Shown here piece by piece: positions 46,579 to 56,891 of a DNA stretch of 64,000 bases. The translations under genes were made by a program, and so were the position numbers. The stretch covers positions 10,109 to 74,108 of the forward strand of contig JBFJCP010000025.1 in assembly GCA_041615815.1 (NCBI GenBank), read 5' to 3'. Each line of letters starts with the position of its first letter. Position 1 is the first letter of the stretch. Source of the stretch: Gemmatimonadales bacterium (GTDB lineage: Bacteria; Gemmatimonadota; Gemmatimonadetes; Gemmatimonadales; GWC2-71-9). Under the pieces are notes generated by a model. The model was not told the origin of the DNA. It saw nothing but the letters and a program-made list of their open reading frames with translations, and did not search any database.

Positions 46579-49088
46579 GCCGGCGCTCCGATTCCATGGC
46601 GTGCAAAGAACTCCTCGACTTCCTCACGGATGTCCGGCCAGGGTCCCACGACGCGTCGAGCCGGCGGCAGGGACGCCAAGAGGAGGCGACCGTAACTCCG
46701 CTGCACCACACGCCGATCCAACAGCACCACGGCCCCGACATCGGTCCGCGTGCGGATCAGCCGTCCGAATCCCTGCTTCAGCTTGAGTGCGGCAAGCGGG
46801 AGCAGGTACTGCGTAAACCCATCGATCCCCTGTTGCTCGAGCGATTCGAGGCGCGCCGCCGTGAGCGGCTCGCTCGGGACCTTGAACGGCAACTTGGCCA
46901 GGACGAGTACGCGCAGCGACGGCCCTGGAACGTCCACACCTTCCCAGAAGCTGTCCGTTCCCAGGAGGACGGCATTCCCCATGTCCCGAAACCGCCGCAA
47001 GAGGTAATCTCGTTGTCCCTCACCCTGCACCAGGAGCGGCCACCGGCCCCCAATGACCCCTCGCAGCTGGGCGGCCGCCCGCCTGAGCGCGGCATGGCTC
47101 GTAAAGAGAACGAACATCCCCCCGTCGGAGGCGTGGGCGAGTTCTGCCACCGCCTGGACCAAGGCTCGGTCGTGACCGCGTTCGTCCGCCCGAGGGTCGG
47201 GGGCGTCGGTGGGGACGGCGAAGAGGCACTGCTCCGCGTACGCGAACGGTGACGGCAGCATCTCGGCGTATTTCCGGGGATCCGGTGGCAGCGATAACCC
47301 CACACGGTCCGAGAGGAACGAAAAGTCCTCGCCGGTGGCGAGCGTCGCGCTCGTCAAGACCACCGTCTCCACGCGATCGAACAACGTGTCTCGGAGGATG
47401 GGAGCCAGGTTGAGTGGCACCGCGGACAAGGCGATGGGGAATGGCAGCGGCCCGCTCGGCCTGTCCCCCCGTCGTTCCAGCCACCGCACCAGCGAGGCTC
47501 CCTGTTGTGGGCGCAGGGTCAGCAACACGCCGTCCATCACCGCCTGGAGTCGCCGCACCACACCCTGCATCTCCTGAAGCAGCTGCGAGCGACGATCCGG
47601 CTCCTCGGCGAGCTCGAGCCGATCCGCGACGGTTTCGACACCATCCCGCAGTCTCGTGAGGCCGGAGACAAAGTGGTCCACGGCGATGTCGAGGCCACTG
47701 GACCACACGGGATGCGCGATGAACCCATCGTCGAGGCGCAGCACTCCCCCGCGCTCGGACTCGAGGAGCCCCGCGAGGATGCGAAAGAGCCGATCGGCAT
47801 GCTCGCGCGCCTCGCTCACCGCGGGGAGCAGAGCCGTCCGCAATAGCTCCACCGATGCCGCGCTCAGCATGTCCGTCTTCGCCGACAGCTCGGCGAGGAG
47901 CGTGGGAATCAACCCGCGCCCACCACGTTCGAGCCGAGACAAGAGTCGGGTCACACCGCGCGAGCTCACCTGGTTCCCCAGGTGCTGCGCGGCGGTGTCT
48001 TCGAGGTGGTGCGCCTCATCGATGATCAGGCGTCGGTACGGCGGGAGCACGGCGGCCTCTTGCCAGTTTTCCTGCACGCGTCGGATGCTGAGATCCGCGG
48101 CCAGGAGATGGTGATTCACGACGACCACGTCCGCGTCCGCCGCCCGGCGGCGGGCGTCGAAGACATAACATCGATCGAAGTGGGGACACTCGAGCCGCGT
48201 GCAGAGATCGGGCTCGGCACTGATCTCGTCCCATACCTCCGGGGACGGCGGGTCCGGCAAATCCGCCAGCGACCCATCCGTGGTCCGTTCCGCCCAGGCC
48301 AGGAGGCTGTCGAGCTCTTTCTGGCGCTCCGGTTCGAGCAGCATGGTCTGGCCCCCACTGGCCAGGTTCAACCGGGCAAGACAGACGTAGTTCCGCCACC
48401 CTTTCAGCAAGGCGTAGGTGGGACGGCGCTCCCCCTCGGCGAACGACTTGGCCAGGAGCGGCAGGTCCTTCCCCACGAGCTGTTCCTGGAGGTTGATCGT
48501 GTTGGTCGAGACGATGGTCCGCTCGCCATTCACCTGTGCCCACAACAAGGCGGGAACGAGGTAGGCGAACGATTTCCCGACGCCGGTTCCCGCCTCCAGA
48601 AGTGAGACCCCGCCGTCGTTGTACGTATCGGCTACGTACGCGGCCATATCGCGTTGACTGGGCCGGTCTTCGAACGACGAGACGATACGGGCCACGCGTC
48701 CGCCCGGTCCTAGTTCGTCCGCCACGACCACCGCGTCCAATGGTGCGTACGCGCGTTTGCGAGGGACCTCCACGACGACGTACAAATGGGAGGCCGAATT
48801 GTCGATGATGCCGAATCCGATGCCCCCGTCGTGCATGCGTGCTGCCACGTAGAGATCGGCCTGGGAGGGCTCCAGGATGCCGCTCGGATGGTTGTGCAGC
48901 ACCATCTCACCGGTTTCGGCGACACCGGGAAGGGCAAGCACCGCATCGACCGTTCCCCGCGCCACGGCGCGTGCGGAGACGATCCGTCCTTCCTCATCGA
49001 GCGTGGCAACGAATGAGACCTCGCGGCCGCCGGCCGCCGTGATCTCGTCGACCAGGTGCGCGGCGACCCCGGGGGTCAGTTCGCTCAC
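46575..49088 (-). CDS. DinG/XPD-family Fe-S helicase with N-terminal JAB/RadC-like domain
   Basis: HNHPSG....S..D, EAGTGVGKS, four Fe-S Cys, DEAH, TSATL, QGFGRLIR; GTG 49088 overlaps the upstream stop. Confidence 0.9.
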   Translation of the reverse strand: MSELTPGVAAHLVDEITAAGGREVSFVATLDEEGRIVSARAVARGTVDAVLALPGVAETGEMVLHNHPSGILEPSQADLYVAARMHDGGIGFGIIDNSASHLYVVVEVPRKRAYAPLDAVVVADELGPGGRVARIVSSFEDRPSQRDMAAYVADTYNDGGVSLLEAGTGVGKSFAYLVPALLWAQVNGERTIVSTNTINLQEQLVGKDLPLLAKSFAEGERRPTYALLKGWRNYVCLARLNLASGGQTMLLEPERQKELDSLLAWAERTTDGSLADLPDPPSPEVWDEISAEPDLCTRLECPHFDRCYVFDARRRAADADVVVVNHHLLAADLSIRRVQENWQEAAVLPPYRRLIIDEAHHLEDTAAQHLGNQVSSRGVTRLLSRLERGGRGLIPTLLAELSAKTDMLSAASVELLRTALLPAVSEAREHADRLFRILAGLLESERGGVLRLDDGFIAHPVWSSGLDIAVDHFVSGLTRLRDGVETVADRLELAEEPDRRSQLLQEMQGVVRRLQAVMDGVLLTLRPQQGASLVRWLERRGDRPSGPLPFPIALSAVPLNLAPILRDTLFDRVETVVLTSATLATGEDFSFLSDRVGLSLPPDPRKYAEMLPSPFAYAEQCLFAVPTDAPDPRADERGHDRALVQAVAELAHASDGGMFVLFTSHAALRRAAAQLRGVIGGRWPLLVQGEGQRDYLLRRFRDMGNAVLLGTDSFWEGVDVPGPSLRVLVLAKLPFKVPSEPLTAARLESLEQQGIDGFTQYLLPLAALKLKQGFGRLIRTRTDVGAVVLLDRRVVQRSYGRLLLASLPPARRVVGPWPDIREEVEEFFARHGIGAPA

Positions 49089-50398
49089 GTCTTGAGCTCG
49101 CGTTTCTTCGCGGCCGGGAAGAGAACGTTGTTGAGGATGAGCCGATACCCTGGGGAGTTGGGATACAGGGAGAGATCGGTGGGCGGATCGCCGATCTGGT
49201 GTTGCGGATCTTCTGGGTCGTGACCCCCGATGAACGTCCAGGTGCCTTGGCCAAACTCTCCGTGGATGTACTTCACCCACGGCGCGCCCTGCTCGTCGGC
49301 CAGGACGGTCACGCCGGGCTTCAGCCGTTCACGGTTGAACGACGTCGTGAGCCCATAGAAGTCTGGGATGATCTGCCGATGACACTGCACCAACATGGTC
49401 GGAACGGGATCGATCTTCGCGCTGAAGTCGAACAGTCGGAAGGCGCCCAACGGCTGCCGACGGGCCGGATTGTTGACCTGATGTCCATCGATATCCGAGA
49501 AGCTGGCAATGGCCGGTGAGACCTCCAACCGCACTCCCTCGAAGGCAAACGTGCGATCCCACTGGAGGCGCTCCGAGGCGTCCGGATCCATGGGTGTCCC
49601 ATCGCTGTACTGCGCCGCGACGTCCACGCCTTCCGCCGCCATCACGATCTCCAATGTTTCCGTGGCCGTACACATCGCAAACAGGAATCCGCCGTTTTCC
49701 ACGTAGCGCCGGATCTCCCGCGCGACCGTTTTCTTGAGATCTGCCACCGTGGTCAATCCCAAGCTCCGCGCCATTTTCACGTTCTGCTGCACCATCTCCC
49801 GCAGCCAGCTGCTTCCGCTGTATGTCAAAAAGAATTTCGAGAACTGACCAGTAAAGTCCTCGTGATGCAGATGCAACCATTCGTACTCGCGCAGCTTGCC
49901 GGCTGCGACCTCCGCGTCCCACACCTTGTCATACTCGATGCCGGCGTACTGCAACGCCATTGTCACCGCATCGTCCCACGGAGCCGCTGTGGGTGGCACG
50001 TAGACGGCCACTTTGGGTGCCTTCTCCAGCGGCACGGCGTCCATGTTGCTGCCCTCGATCGTCCCGCGAATGTTGATCACCTGAGCGTCGGAGATCTGCT
50101 CGGCCACGACGCCCGCCAAGGCAGCATCCCGTCGAATGGCGTCCGTGGCCGGCAGCAGGAAGCTTCCTCCACGGTAATTGAGCAACCACTCCCCACTCAC
50201 ACCGCTCTTCAGGGCCCGAAACGCCAAGCCATAGGCCTTGAGGTGCTCGGCTTGCCGATCGTCCATGGGGATCAGAAGGCTCGAGGCGGACGGTGGGACC
50301 GTCGGACCCTCGGACAGCAGCGAACGCCGTGCGCCCGCCCATCCGCCAATCGGCAGGAAGAATCCTGCGACGCCCCCGACAAACTCCCGCCTCCTCAC
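49085..50398 (-). CDS. Tat-exported conserved protein, class-I GATase-like (family often loosely labelled asparagine synthetase B)
   Basis: MRRREF twin-arginine signal; LIPMD..Q..HLKAYG, WLHLHHEDFTGQ, GGFLFAMC, GGHDPED, SPGYRLILNN. Confidence 0.7.
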   Translation of the reverse strand: MRRREFVGGVAGFFLPIGGWAGARRSLLSEGPTVPPSASSLLIPMDDRQAEHLKAYGLAFRALKSGVSGEWLLNYRGGSFLLPATDAIRRDAALAGVVAEQISDAQVINIRGTIEGSNMDAVPLEKAPKVAVYVPPTAAPWDDAVTMALQYAGIEYDKVWDAEVAAGKLREYEWLHLHHEDFTGQFSKFFLTYSGSSWLREMVQQNVKMARSLGLTTVADLKKTVAREIRRYVENGGFLFAMCTATETLEIVMAAEGVDVAAQYSDGTPMDPDASERLQWDRTFAFEGVRLEVSPAIASFSDIDGHQVNNPARRQPLGAFRLFDFSAKIDPVPTMLVQCHRQIIPDFYGLTTSFNRERLKPGVTVLADEQGAPWVKYIHGEFGQGTWTFIGGHDPEDPQHQIGDPPTDLSLYPNSPGYRLILNNVLFPAAKKRELKT

Positions 50399-52131
50399 GA
50401 GCTGGGCAGCATTCCCTTCATTTGATCGAGGAGGCGCCGAGCCTGCGGTACGACCGCGCTTTCAGGATGGTCGAGAATGAGATTCTCCAGTAGCCGAATC
50501 GCGTCGTCGTGGCGGCCCAATCGTGCGTAGGAGACAGCGAGCGCGTATGCGGCCGTAGGCGCCGATGCACCGTTCTCGTCGAGGCTCAGCGCATCGAGCA
50601 GCAGACTTTCCGCCTGATCATAGTCGCCGACAGCCACCGCGAGCTCCCCGGCAAAGGCCAAAACCGCCGCGCGGCCGCCCCGGACCGGAAGCTCGCCCGC
50701 GGCGTCCTCCAACTCGCGGACGGCGCGAACCGTATCCGCCCGGCCCAGCCGTAGCAGCGCCGCGCCGAGCGTGGGCACGGTGTCCGGGTCGATCCGTTGG
50801 ATCAATGCCAGCACCTGCGTACGTCGCGTGGCCTCTTCCCGTGACTGCGCGTACGGGCCAGCCACCCGGAAATACTCGGTCGCCCCAGCGAGATCGCCAC
50901 GGTACAACGCGACCCAGCCCAAGACGGCCTGTGCCCCGATAGACGAATCTCCCGCAATCAAGCGTTCCGCGCGATCCAGGTCTCCCCGACGCACCCGTGA
51001 CCAGGCCAGCTTTTCTCTGAGCATGGCCACCTCGTCGCCCCGAAGGCTCCGCTCCCACTGGCGGAATAGTTCCTCGGCTTCCTCAGCGCGGCCCGCATCT
51101 GCCAGGACGCGAATCAGCGCGGCCATCGTAGCCCCTGCGTCGCTACGGCGCGCTCGTGGGTCCAGCGTGAGCCCGCCGAGCATCCGACGCGCAGCGCCGA
51201 GGTCGCCGGCATCCGCGAAGGCCTGGGCCGATTCCAGCCTGGCGCGCTCCCTCTCCGGACCGGTCACCAACTCGGCAAGACGTTCGAGCGCGTAGCCCCG
51301 GGCTCGCGCTCCACCCAACGTGCGGACCTGCCGAGCCCGCTCGGCGAACTGGGTGAGAATGGTGACCGCCCGTCCTCGATCCGCCGGCAACGCACTGTCG
51401 AGGCGGGTCCACGCCTCCTCGGCGCGGCCCCAGCTCAGGAGGAGATCCGCAGCAAGACGTCGGTCGGTTCCGGCCGCTCCCCGACCGTCCAACAGCGCGA
51501 GCAGACGAGACCGCTCGTGATCGGGCGCTTCGGCCAGCGACGTCGCCGCCGCCAGCGCAAACTCCTCGTCTTGACGCACGGCTTGCCGCCAGGCTTCGGC
51601 CGCGCGCATCCACTCCCCCGCGTACGCCAGGATCTCCGCCATCTCGCGGACCAAGGCCAACTCACCGAGCCTTGCCTGCCCCCGCTCCAGAACCACCCTG
51701 GCTTGCGCCACCTCACCCTGCTGCGCCAGCCACAGCGCCCACTGACGGTACGGCGCGGGGCTTTCCGGAGCGGCGGCCATCCATCGGGACGCAACCGCCG
51801 CCAGACTGTCTCCCCTCCCCAACGCGCTCCACACCCTGATCTGCATCGCTCGTACGAACTCGCTCGCTGGGGCCACCACCTCCGCGCGACGCAGGTACGG
51901 CACCAACGAATCTACGCGCCCCAGCCTCGTGTAGATGCGCTCCAACCCCAGCAGAGCCTGAAAATCGCCTGGTGACTCCTCGAGCAGCCCGCGGTAGAGC
52001 AAGACCGCTTCTTCGTATCGACCGCGCCCCTCGAGTTGACGGGCGTTGCGCACGGCCTGAGTCTGCGCTTCCGCCGCGGCGGCCATCACCATGAGGACAC
52101 CGAGCATCGACGCGATGTTACGGCCGCGCAT
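50395..52131 (-). CDS. Exported tetratricopeptide-repeat protein
   Basis: Signal peptide; Ala/Leu-rich helical TPR units; terminal YbgF-like TPR (LILDHPES). Confidence 0.8.
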   Translation of the reverse strand: MRGRNIASMLGVLMVMAAAAEAQTQAVRNARQLEGRGRYEEAVLLYRGLLEESPGDFQALLGLERIYTRLGRVDSLVPYLRRAEVVAPASEFVRAMQIRVWSALGRGDSLAAVASRWMAAAPESPAPYRQWALWLAQQGEVAQARVVLERGQARLGELALVREMAEILAYAGEWMRAAEAWRQAVRQDEEFALAAATSLAEAPDHERSRLLALLDGRGAAGTDRRLAADLLLSWGRAEEAWTRLDSALPADRGRAVTILTQFAERARQVRTLGGARARGYALERLAELVTGPERERARLESAQAFADAGDLGAARRMLGGLTLDPRARRSDAGATMAALIRVLADAGRAEEAEELFRQWERSLRGDEVAMLREKLAWSRVRRGDLDRAERLIAGDSSIGAQAVLGWVALYRGDLAGATEYFRVAGPYAQSREEATRRTQVLALIQRIDPDTVPTLGAALLRLGRADTVRAVRELEDAAGELPVRGGRAAVLAFAGELAVAVGDYDQAESLLLDALSLDENGASAPTAAYALAVSYARLGRHDDAIRLLENLILDHPESAVVPQARRLLDQMKGMLPSS

Positions 52132-55100
52132 CGTTCAACCGTCGGAAGTAATCCAGAATGAGACGCCGTTCCTCGGGCGACAACGAGCGTAATTCCTCCC
52201 AGGTGGGGTAGCGGAAGCGAGGACCGTCCCCTGGACGCATGCCGTCCACCGGTGGTGGCCGGACGAGATTGGGATCGGCCGTCTCGCTCATGCGCTCCTT
52301 GCGCTCGTCTTCCTCGTCCTTGCGGAGCGAACGGCCGGCGTCGAGGAGCCGGTGGTACAGCCGCTCCTGGCGCTCGACCGTCTCCCGGTTGAGCTGGCCC
52401 GCGTCGAGCTCACCGGCGATCTCGCGCGCATCTTCGGCAAGCTCGTCGGTGCCACTGACATCTCCTTGGGCATTCAATCGGTCCAACTCGTTGGCCAAGC
52501 CTCGCTGGCGGTCCGCCATGGCACGCAACTGCTGCATGAGTTGATCACCACCCATGGACATCATGGGCTGCATTTGTCCGGTTTCGCTGTTGATCGCCCC
52601 CTGCTGCTCTGCGAGCTGCGCCATCTGTTCCAGTGCCTCCTGCAGTCCCGAGCCCGACTGCGCGCCAGCGACCTCGCTCCTCGTGCGGAGGAGCGCGTGT
52701 GCGACGGCGTTCAGGGCGTCGACCGCCTGACCCGCGCGGTCGCCGGCCTGTCGGGAGTTGGGAACGGGACGCTGGAGCTGCTGCAGCGCTTCGTCCATGC
52801 GTAGCTTGGCAAAGCCCAGGGCCGCGCCGAGTTGCGGCGAGACGAGCGCGTTCTTCCCGGCCGCCGATTGCACTCGTTGAATCACTCGATCCACGCCGTC
52901 TCGCACGGCCGCCTGCTCGCCCCGGAGATCGCTTCCGGATTCCCCCCGATTCAGTCGTTGCGACACGGCTTCCTCACGCTGCGCCAACTCGGCCGTCTCG
53001 ACGAGAGCGCGATCCATCGCGTCCAACACCTCTTGCTGCCACCCCTGACGGAGCTGATCGCGCTGCTCGCGAAGTTGATCGCTCAAAGGATCGAGCTCTT
53101 GGCTCGCGGATTGGCCCGCTTGGCGCGCCCCCTGTTGCCGTCCCTGGCTCGCCTGGGACACCGCCTGCTGCATGTGTTGCGACGCCTGCCCTGCTTGCTC
53201 GGCCGCTTGATCCATCGCCTCGCCCACGGGGCCCAGGGAATCCAGCGCATCGCCCATGGCTTGGAGCTGCCGGCCCAGCGAGTCCGCCCGATCGGCAAGA
53301 TCGGCCTCGGACCGGGCGAGATCGGGGTTGAGCCCGCGGTCCACTTCTCGATTCCACTCGCGCTGGAGTCGGGCCAGCTCGTCGGCGTCCTGCGCGAGCG
53401 TCGTCATCTCGCCCTCGATCGCTGCGCGCTCGAACAGCTCGCGCCCCCGATCCAGCTCTTGGCGCAGCTCCTGCGCCGCCTCGGCCAGCTCGTCCAGTGC
53501 CTGCCGTACCGCTTCCGCGTCCAGACGCTCGAGGGCTTCCCGGAGCGCCTGAAGCCGCTCGGCGAGTTCGTCACTGATTGCACGGTCCAACAGCTCTTGG
53601 AGATCCTGGAGCTGCCGTTGGAACGCTGGATCCGTGAGTCCGGCGTTCCACGCGGCCTCCTGGAGCTCCCGGAGCTCGTCGCGCAGGTGCCGGGCCCGTT
53701 CGAGGGCGCGCTCCTGGCGATCCGCCAACTCCCGTGCGCGTTCGACCGAGCTGAACGGCAGTTGGTCCGCCGGCTGTGCACCCCCGGTTTGCGAGCGTTC
53801 GGGCTGTCCGCGGTCTCGCTCCGCGGCCAGATCCTCCAGATCGCGGGCCAGCTCCCGCTGCGCGGCGGTGAGCGAATCGCTTCCGCTCGCGATCGCCTCG
53901 CTGGCAGCTCGCATGGCCTGCCGAAGCTCCCGCATTGCCGGAAGACGCAGCGCAAACGTCCGACTCTCGCCCACCTGAGGCTGCGGGGCGTTGTCACTGG
54001 CGCGCACCTTGAAGTAGGCCGTGTCACCGGGGAGAAATCCGCGCCCGTTCAAATCCAGCACCCACTGAAGGACCGCACGCTCGGTGCCGCCTTCGGGAAG
54101 CGGAATCAGCTCCGCACTGGCCGGCCGGCGCTCACCCAAACGGGTCACGCGCCAACTCACGAGCTCGACCTTGGACAGGGCATGGTCGTCTCGGGCATCC
54201 ACCACGAGCGGCAGTGTGAGCGAGAGGGGTGCCGTGGTGTCAGCGCCGGGCACCGGCACCGTAACGATGGGGACACTGTCGATGAGGGCCGTGATGTGAA
54301 GGACCGGACGGGGATCGTCCAGCGAGTCCCCGCCCACTGGTTGCACATCGAGCACCCACCGTCCGCTCCCCCGTACCGTCAAGACCCCGCGGAACCCGCG
54401 GTGCGCCACCGTGAGCTCGACCGTGCGATCTTCCTGCCTCCACGCCGCCGCCGCCACGGGAACCGTGGCCTCGCCACGCGTGAGCACGCGGGTGCCGACC
54501 CACAACAACACCGGGTCCGGGCCGGAGACCAGCGGTTCGTCGGGACGCTCGAGGTACTCGGGGTAGCGAGCAAGCAACTGGACGTCAGCCAAGAACGCCG
54601 GGAGCGCTACTCGCACGTGCACGGTGTCGGACGAACGACCCTCGCTCACTGCCCTGAGGAATCGATCCGCGTCCAGCGGGCCTAGCACGGCACGCACGCT
54701 CCCCGTGGTGTCGAGCACCAGGGTTCGACCGGACCACGGCTCACCGGGAGCCCGCGACCACAGCGTGATGCTCCGCTCACCGGGAGCGCGGACGGTCACC
54801 ATCACGCTCTCTCCCCGGCGGATTTCGGTCCTGTCCACTGCGATCTCTACCCATCGGTCCGGGGTCGCGAGCACCGCGAGCGGTCGCAGAAAGGGATTCG
54901 TGCGCCAATCGGGAATCGAAACGCCGAAGAGCCCGATCCCGACGAACAGGACCAGAGCGCCCATACCCATGGATCGCGTCGTGCCGCCTCGCACCCCAGC
55001 CAACGCGCCGCGCCCTTGCTGCTCCAACCACCCGTGGGCCCGCCGATCGGCCACCGCCGCTAACGCCGGGCTTCCAAACCGCTTGTCCCACGCGGCGGCC

Positions 55101-55402
55101 CCAGCGATGGATCCCCGACGCAGGCCACCGCGACGCTCCACTTGATCGGCGAGAAACGGGAGATCGTGGCAATGCGCCGCTCGCCGGTACCACCACAAAC
55201 CCGCCACCAACCCCGCAACGGCCGCAACCCACCCTGCCAGGACGGCCGGCGGCGCCCACTGGTACACACCCCACCGCCCGAGGAGCAGCCCCACGCCAAT
55301 AGCCGCGAACACGAACCCCACGGTGAGCAACGTGCCCGCCCCAGCGATGCGCCAGACGAACCGCCGCCGCTGTCCTTCGAGCCAGCGTCGCGTTTCGGTC
55401 AT
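52118..55402 (-). CDS. DUF4175-like membrane protein with a long Gln-rich coiled coil
   Basis: Three N-terminal TM helices, Ig-like region (ARDDHAL), Q/A/E-rich coiled coil, terminal YF..L motif. Confidence 0.75.
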   Translation of the reverse strand: MTETRRWLEGQRRRFVWRIAGAGTLLTVGFVFAAIGVGLLLGRWGVYQWAPPAVLAGWVAAVAGLVAGLWWYRRAAHCHDLPFLADQVERRGGLRRGSIAGAAAWDKRFGSPALAAVADRRAHGWLEQQGRGALAGVRGGTTRSMGMGALVLFVGIGLFGVSIPDWRTNPFLRPLAVLATPDRWVEIAVDRTEIRRGESVMVTVRAPGERSITLWSRAPGEPWSGRTLVLDTTGSVRAVLGPLDADRFLRAVSEGRSSDTVHVRVALPAFLADVQLLARYPEYLERPDEPLVSGPDPVLLWVGTRVLTRGEATVPVAAAAWRQEDRTVELTVAHRGFRGVLTVRGSGRWVLDVQPVGGDSLDDPRPVLHITALIDSVPIVTVPVPGADTTAPLSLTLPLVVDARDDHALSKVELVSWRVTRLGERRPASAELIPLPEGGTERAVLQWVLDLNGRGFLPGDTAYFKVRASDNAPQPQVGESRTFALRLPAMRELRQAMRAASEAIASGSDSLTAAQRELARDLEDLAAERDRGQPERSQTGGAQPADQLPFSSVERARELADRQERALERARHLRDELRELQEAAWNAGLTDPAFQRQLQDLQELLDRAISDELAERLQALREALERLDAEAVRQALDELAEAAQELRQELDRGRELFERAAIEGEMTTLAQDADELARLQREWNREVDRGLNPDLARSEADLADRADSLGRQLQAMGDALDSLGPVGEAMDQAAEQAGQASQHMQQAVSQASQGRQQGARQAGQSASQELDPLSDQLREQRDQLRQGWQQEVLDAMDRALVETAELAQREEAVSQRLNRGESGSDLRGEQAAVRDGVDRVIQRVQSAAGKNALVSPQLGAALGFAKLRMDEALQQLQRPVPNSRQAGDRAGQAVDALNAVAHALLRTRSEVAGAQSGSGLQEALEQMAQLAEQQGAINSETGQMQPMMSMGGDQLMQQLRAMADRQRGLANELDRLNAQGDVSGTDELAEDAREIAGELDAGQLNRETVERQERLYHRLLDAGRSLRKDEEDERKERMSETADPNLVRPPPVDGMRPGDGPRFRYPTWEELRSLSPEERRLILDYFRRLNDARP

Positions 55403-56064
55403 GAACTTCCCGCGACCGCGTAAACGAAGAGGTTCACGCCCATCCTCAGCGCCGTCTCACGCACGGCTGGCGGATCATTGTGCACGTCGGCATCCTCCCA
55501 CCCGTCTCCGAGGTCCGACTGATACGAGTAGTACACCGCGAGCCGCGGTCCGACGAAGATCCCCAGCCCCTGCGCGGGCAGACCATCGTGTTCATGAATC
55601 TTGGGAAGACCCTGAGGAAACGAATAGACGACGTGGTAGACAGGGTGGTCGGCCGGCACATCCACGAGTGGTTGATTCGGGAAGACCCGGCTGATCTCGC
55701 GACGGAAGGACTCATCCATTCCATAATTGTCGTCCGCATGGAGGAACCCTCCGTTTTCCAGGTACCGTCGCAAGATCCGCACCTCGTCATCGGTGAAGCG
55801 GATGTTCCCATGTCCAGTGAGATAGAGATACGGCACCTCCCAGAGGTCGGGACTCGTCAAGCGCACCACCCGTTCCCGCTCCTCGACGCGTATCGCCGTC
55901 CGTTGACGGACGACGCCGAGCAGATTGGCGAGGCTGGAGGGATTGGCGTACCAATCGCCCCCGCCGTCGTACTGCAGGCGGCCCGCCGTCAGCGCGGTGG
56001 GGGTAGGACGATCGACCCCAGCGAGCGTGCACAGGATCGCGGTGACGAGGAAGGCGCGCATCAT
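55399..56064 (-). CDS. DUF4159 domain protein
   Basis: YDGGGDWYANPSSL.NL, YLTGHG, GGFLHADDNYG, PKIHEHDG, DLGDGWED, MGVN. Confidence 0.88.
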   Translation of the reverse strand: MMRAFLVTAILCTLAGVDRPTPTALTAGRLQYDGGGDWYANPSSLANLLGVVRQRTAIRVEERERVVRLTSPDLWEVPYLYLTGHGNIRFTDDEVRILRRYLENGGFLHADDNYGMDESFRREISRVFPNQPLVDVPADHPVYHVVYSFPQGLPKIHEHDGLPAQGLGIFVGPRLAVYYSYQSDLGDGWEDADVHNDPPAVRETALRMGVNLFVYAVAGSS

Positions 56065-56891
56065 AGCTCCGACACCAGCCGATAGGCTTCGTTGCGTGAA
56101 CAATCAAACTCCGCCGCCAATTGCGCGGCGGCGTCCCGACGACTGATCCCTCGAGCCAGGAGAGCAGCGGCACGAGACCGTAGCTCGGCCCGATTGGCGC
56201 TGGCTCGCGGCACAGCGGCACCGGCCACGAGCACCGTCACCTCGCCGCGGGGCGGATGCTCCCGGTAATAAACCGCCAAGTCATTGAGGGTCCCCAGCTT
56301 AACCTCTTCGTGCACTTTCGTCAGCTCCCTCGCGACGGCCGCCTCGCGATCCGCATCACACAGTCCCGCCAGATCCTCCAGTAGGCTCGCGACCCGGGAC
56401 GGCGCCTCGAAGAACACGACCGTCCACGGGCTGTGGGCCGCCTGCTGGAGCAGACGGTGTCGGGCCGCCCCCTTCCGGGGGGAAAACCCCATAAAGGAGT
56501 ATCGGTCCGCAGGAAGGCCGGAGATACTCAGCGCCGCGGTGACGGCTGACGGCCCGGGGACCGCCACCACCCTCACACCGGCTGCCCGCGCTTCCCGGAT
56601 CAACGCCACCCCTGGATCACTAATGGTTGGGGTCCCCGCGTCCGTGAGCAGCGCCACATTCCGCCCTTCCGCTAGGGCCGCTAGAAGCTCGGTGCGGCGC
56701 GCAGGCGGGGAATGGGCATGGTAGCTCAGCAGGCGGGGGTGGGCGTCCGCCTTGCCCAACAGGACCCGGGCGCGTCGGGTGTCTTCCGCGGCCACCAGGT
56801 CCACCTCCCGGAGGATCCGCCCCGCCCGGTGCGACAGGTCCTCGAGGTTACCGAGCGGAGTGGCCACCACAAAGAGCGTACCGGCACTCAC
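56061..56891 (-). CDS. rsmI: 16S rRNA (cytidine1402-2'-O)-methyltransferase
   Basis: VATPLGNLEDLS.RA, AEDTR, DAGTP.ISDPG, ARELTK.HEE. Confidence 0.95.
   Translation of the reverse strand: MSAGTLFVVATPLGNLEDLSHRAGRILREVDLVAAEDTRRARVLLGKADAHPRLLSYHAHSPPARRTELLAALAEGRNVALLTDAGTPTISDPGVALIREARAAGVRVVAVPGPSAVTAALSISGLPADRYSFMGFSPRKGAARHRLLQQAAHSPWTVVFFEAPSRVASLLEDLAGLCDADREAAVARELTKVHEEVKLGTLNDLAVYYREHPPRGEVTVLVAGAAVPRASANRAELRSRAAALLARGISRRDAAAQLAAEFDCSRNEAYRLVSEL

Noticed and set aside
49085..50398. True asparagine synthetase B
   Set aside because: No N-terminal Ntn Cys and no SGGLDS ATP-pyrophosphatase motif; the protein has a Tat signal.
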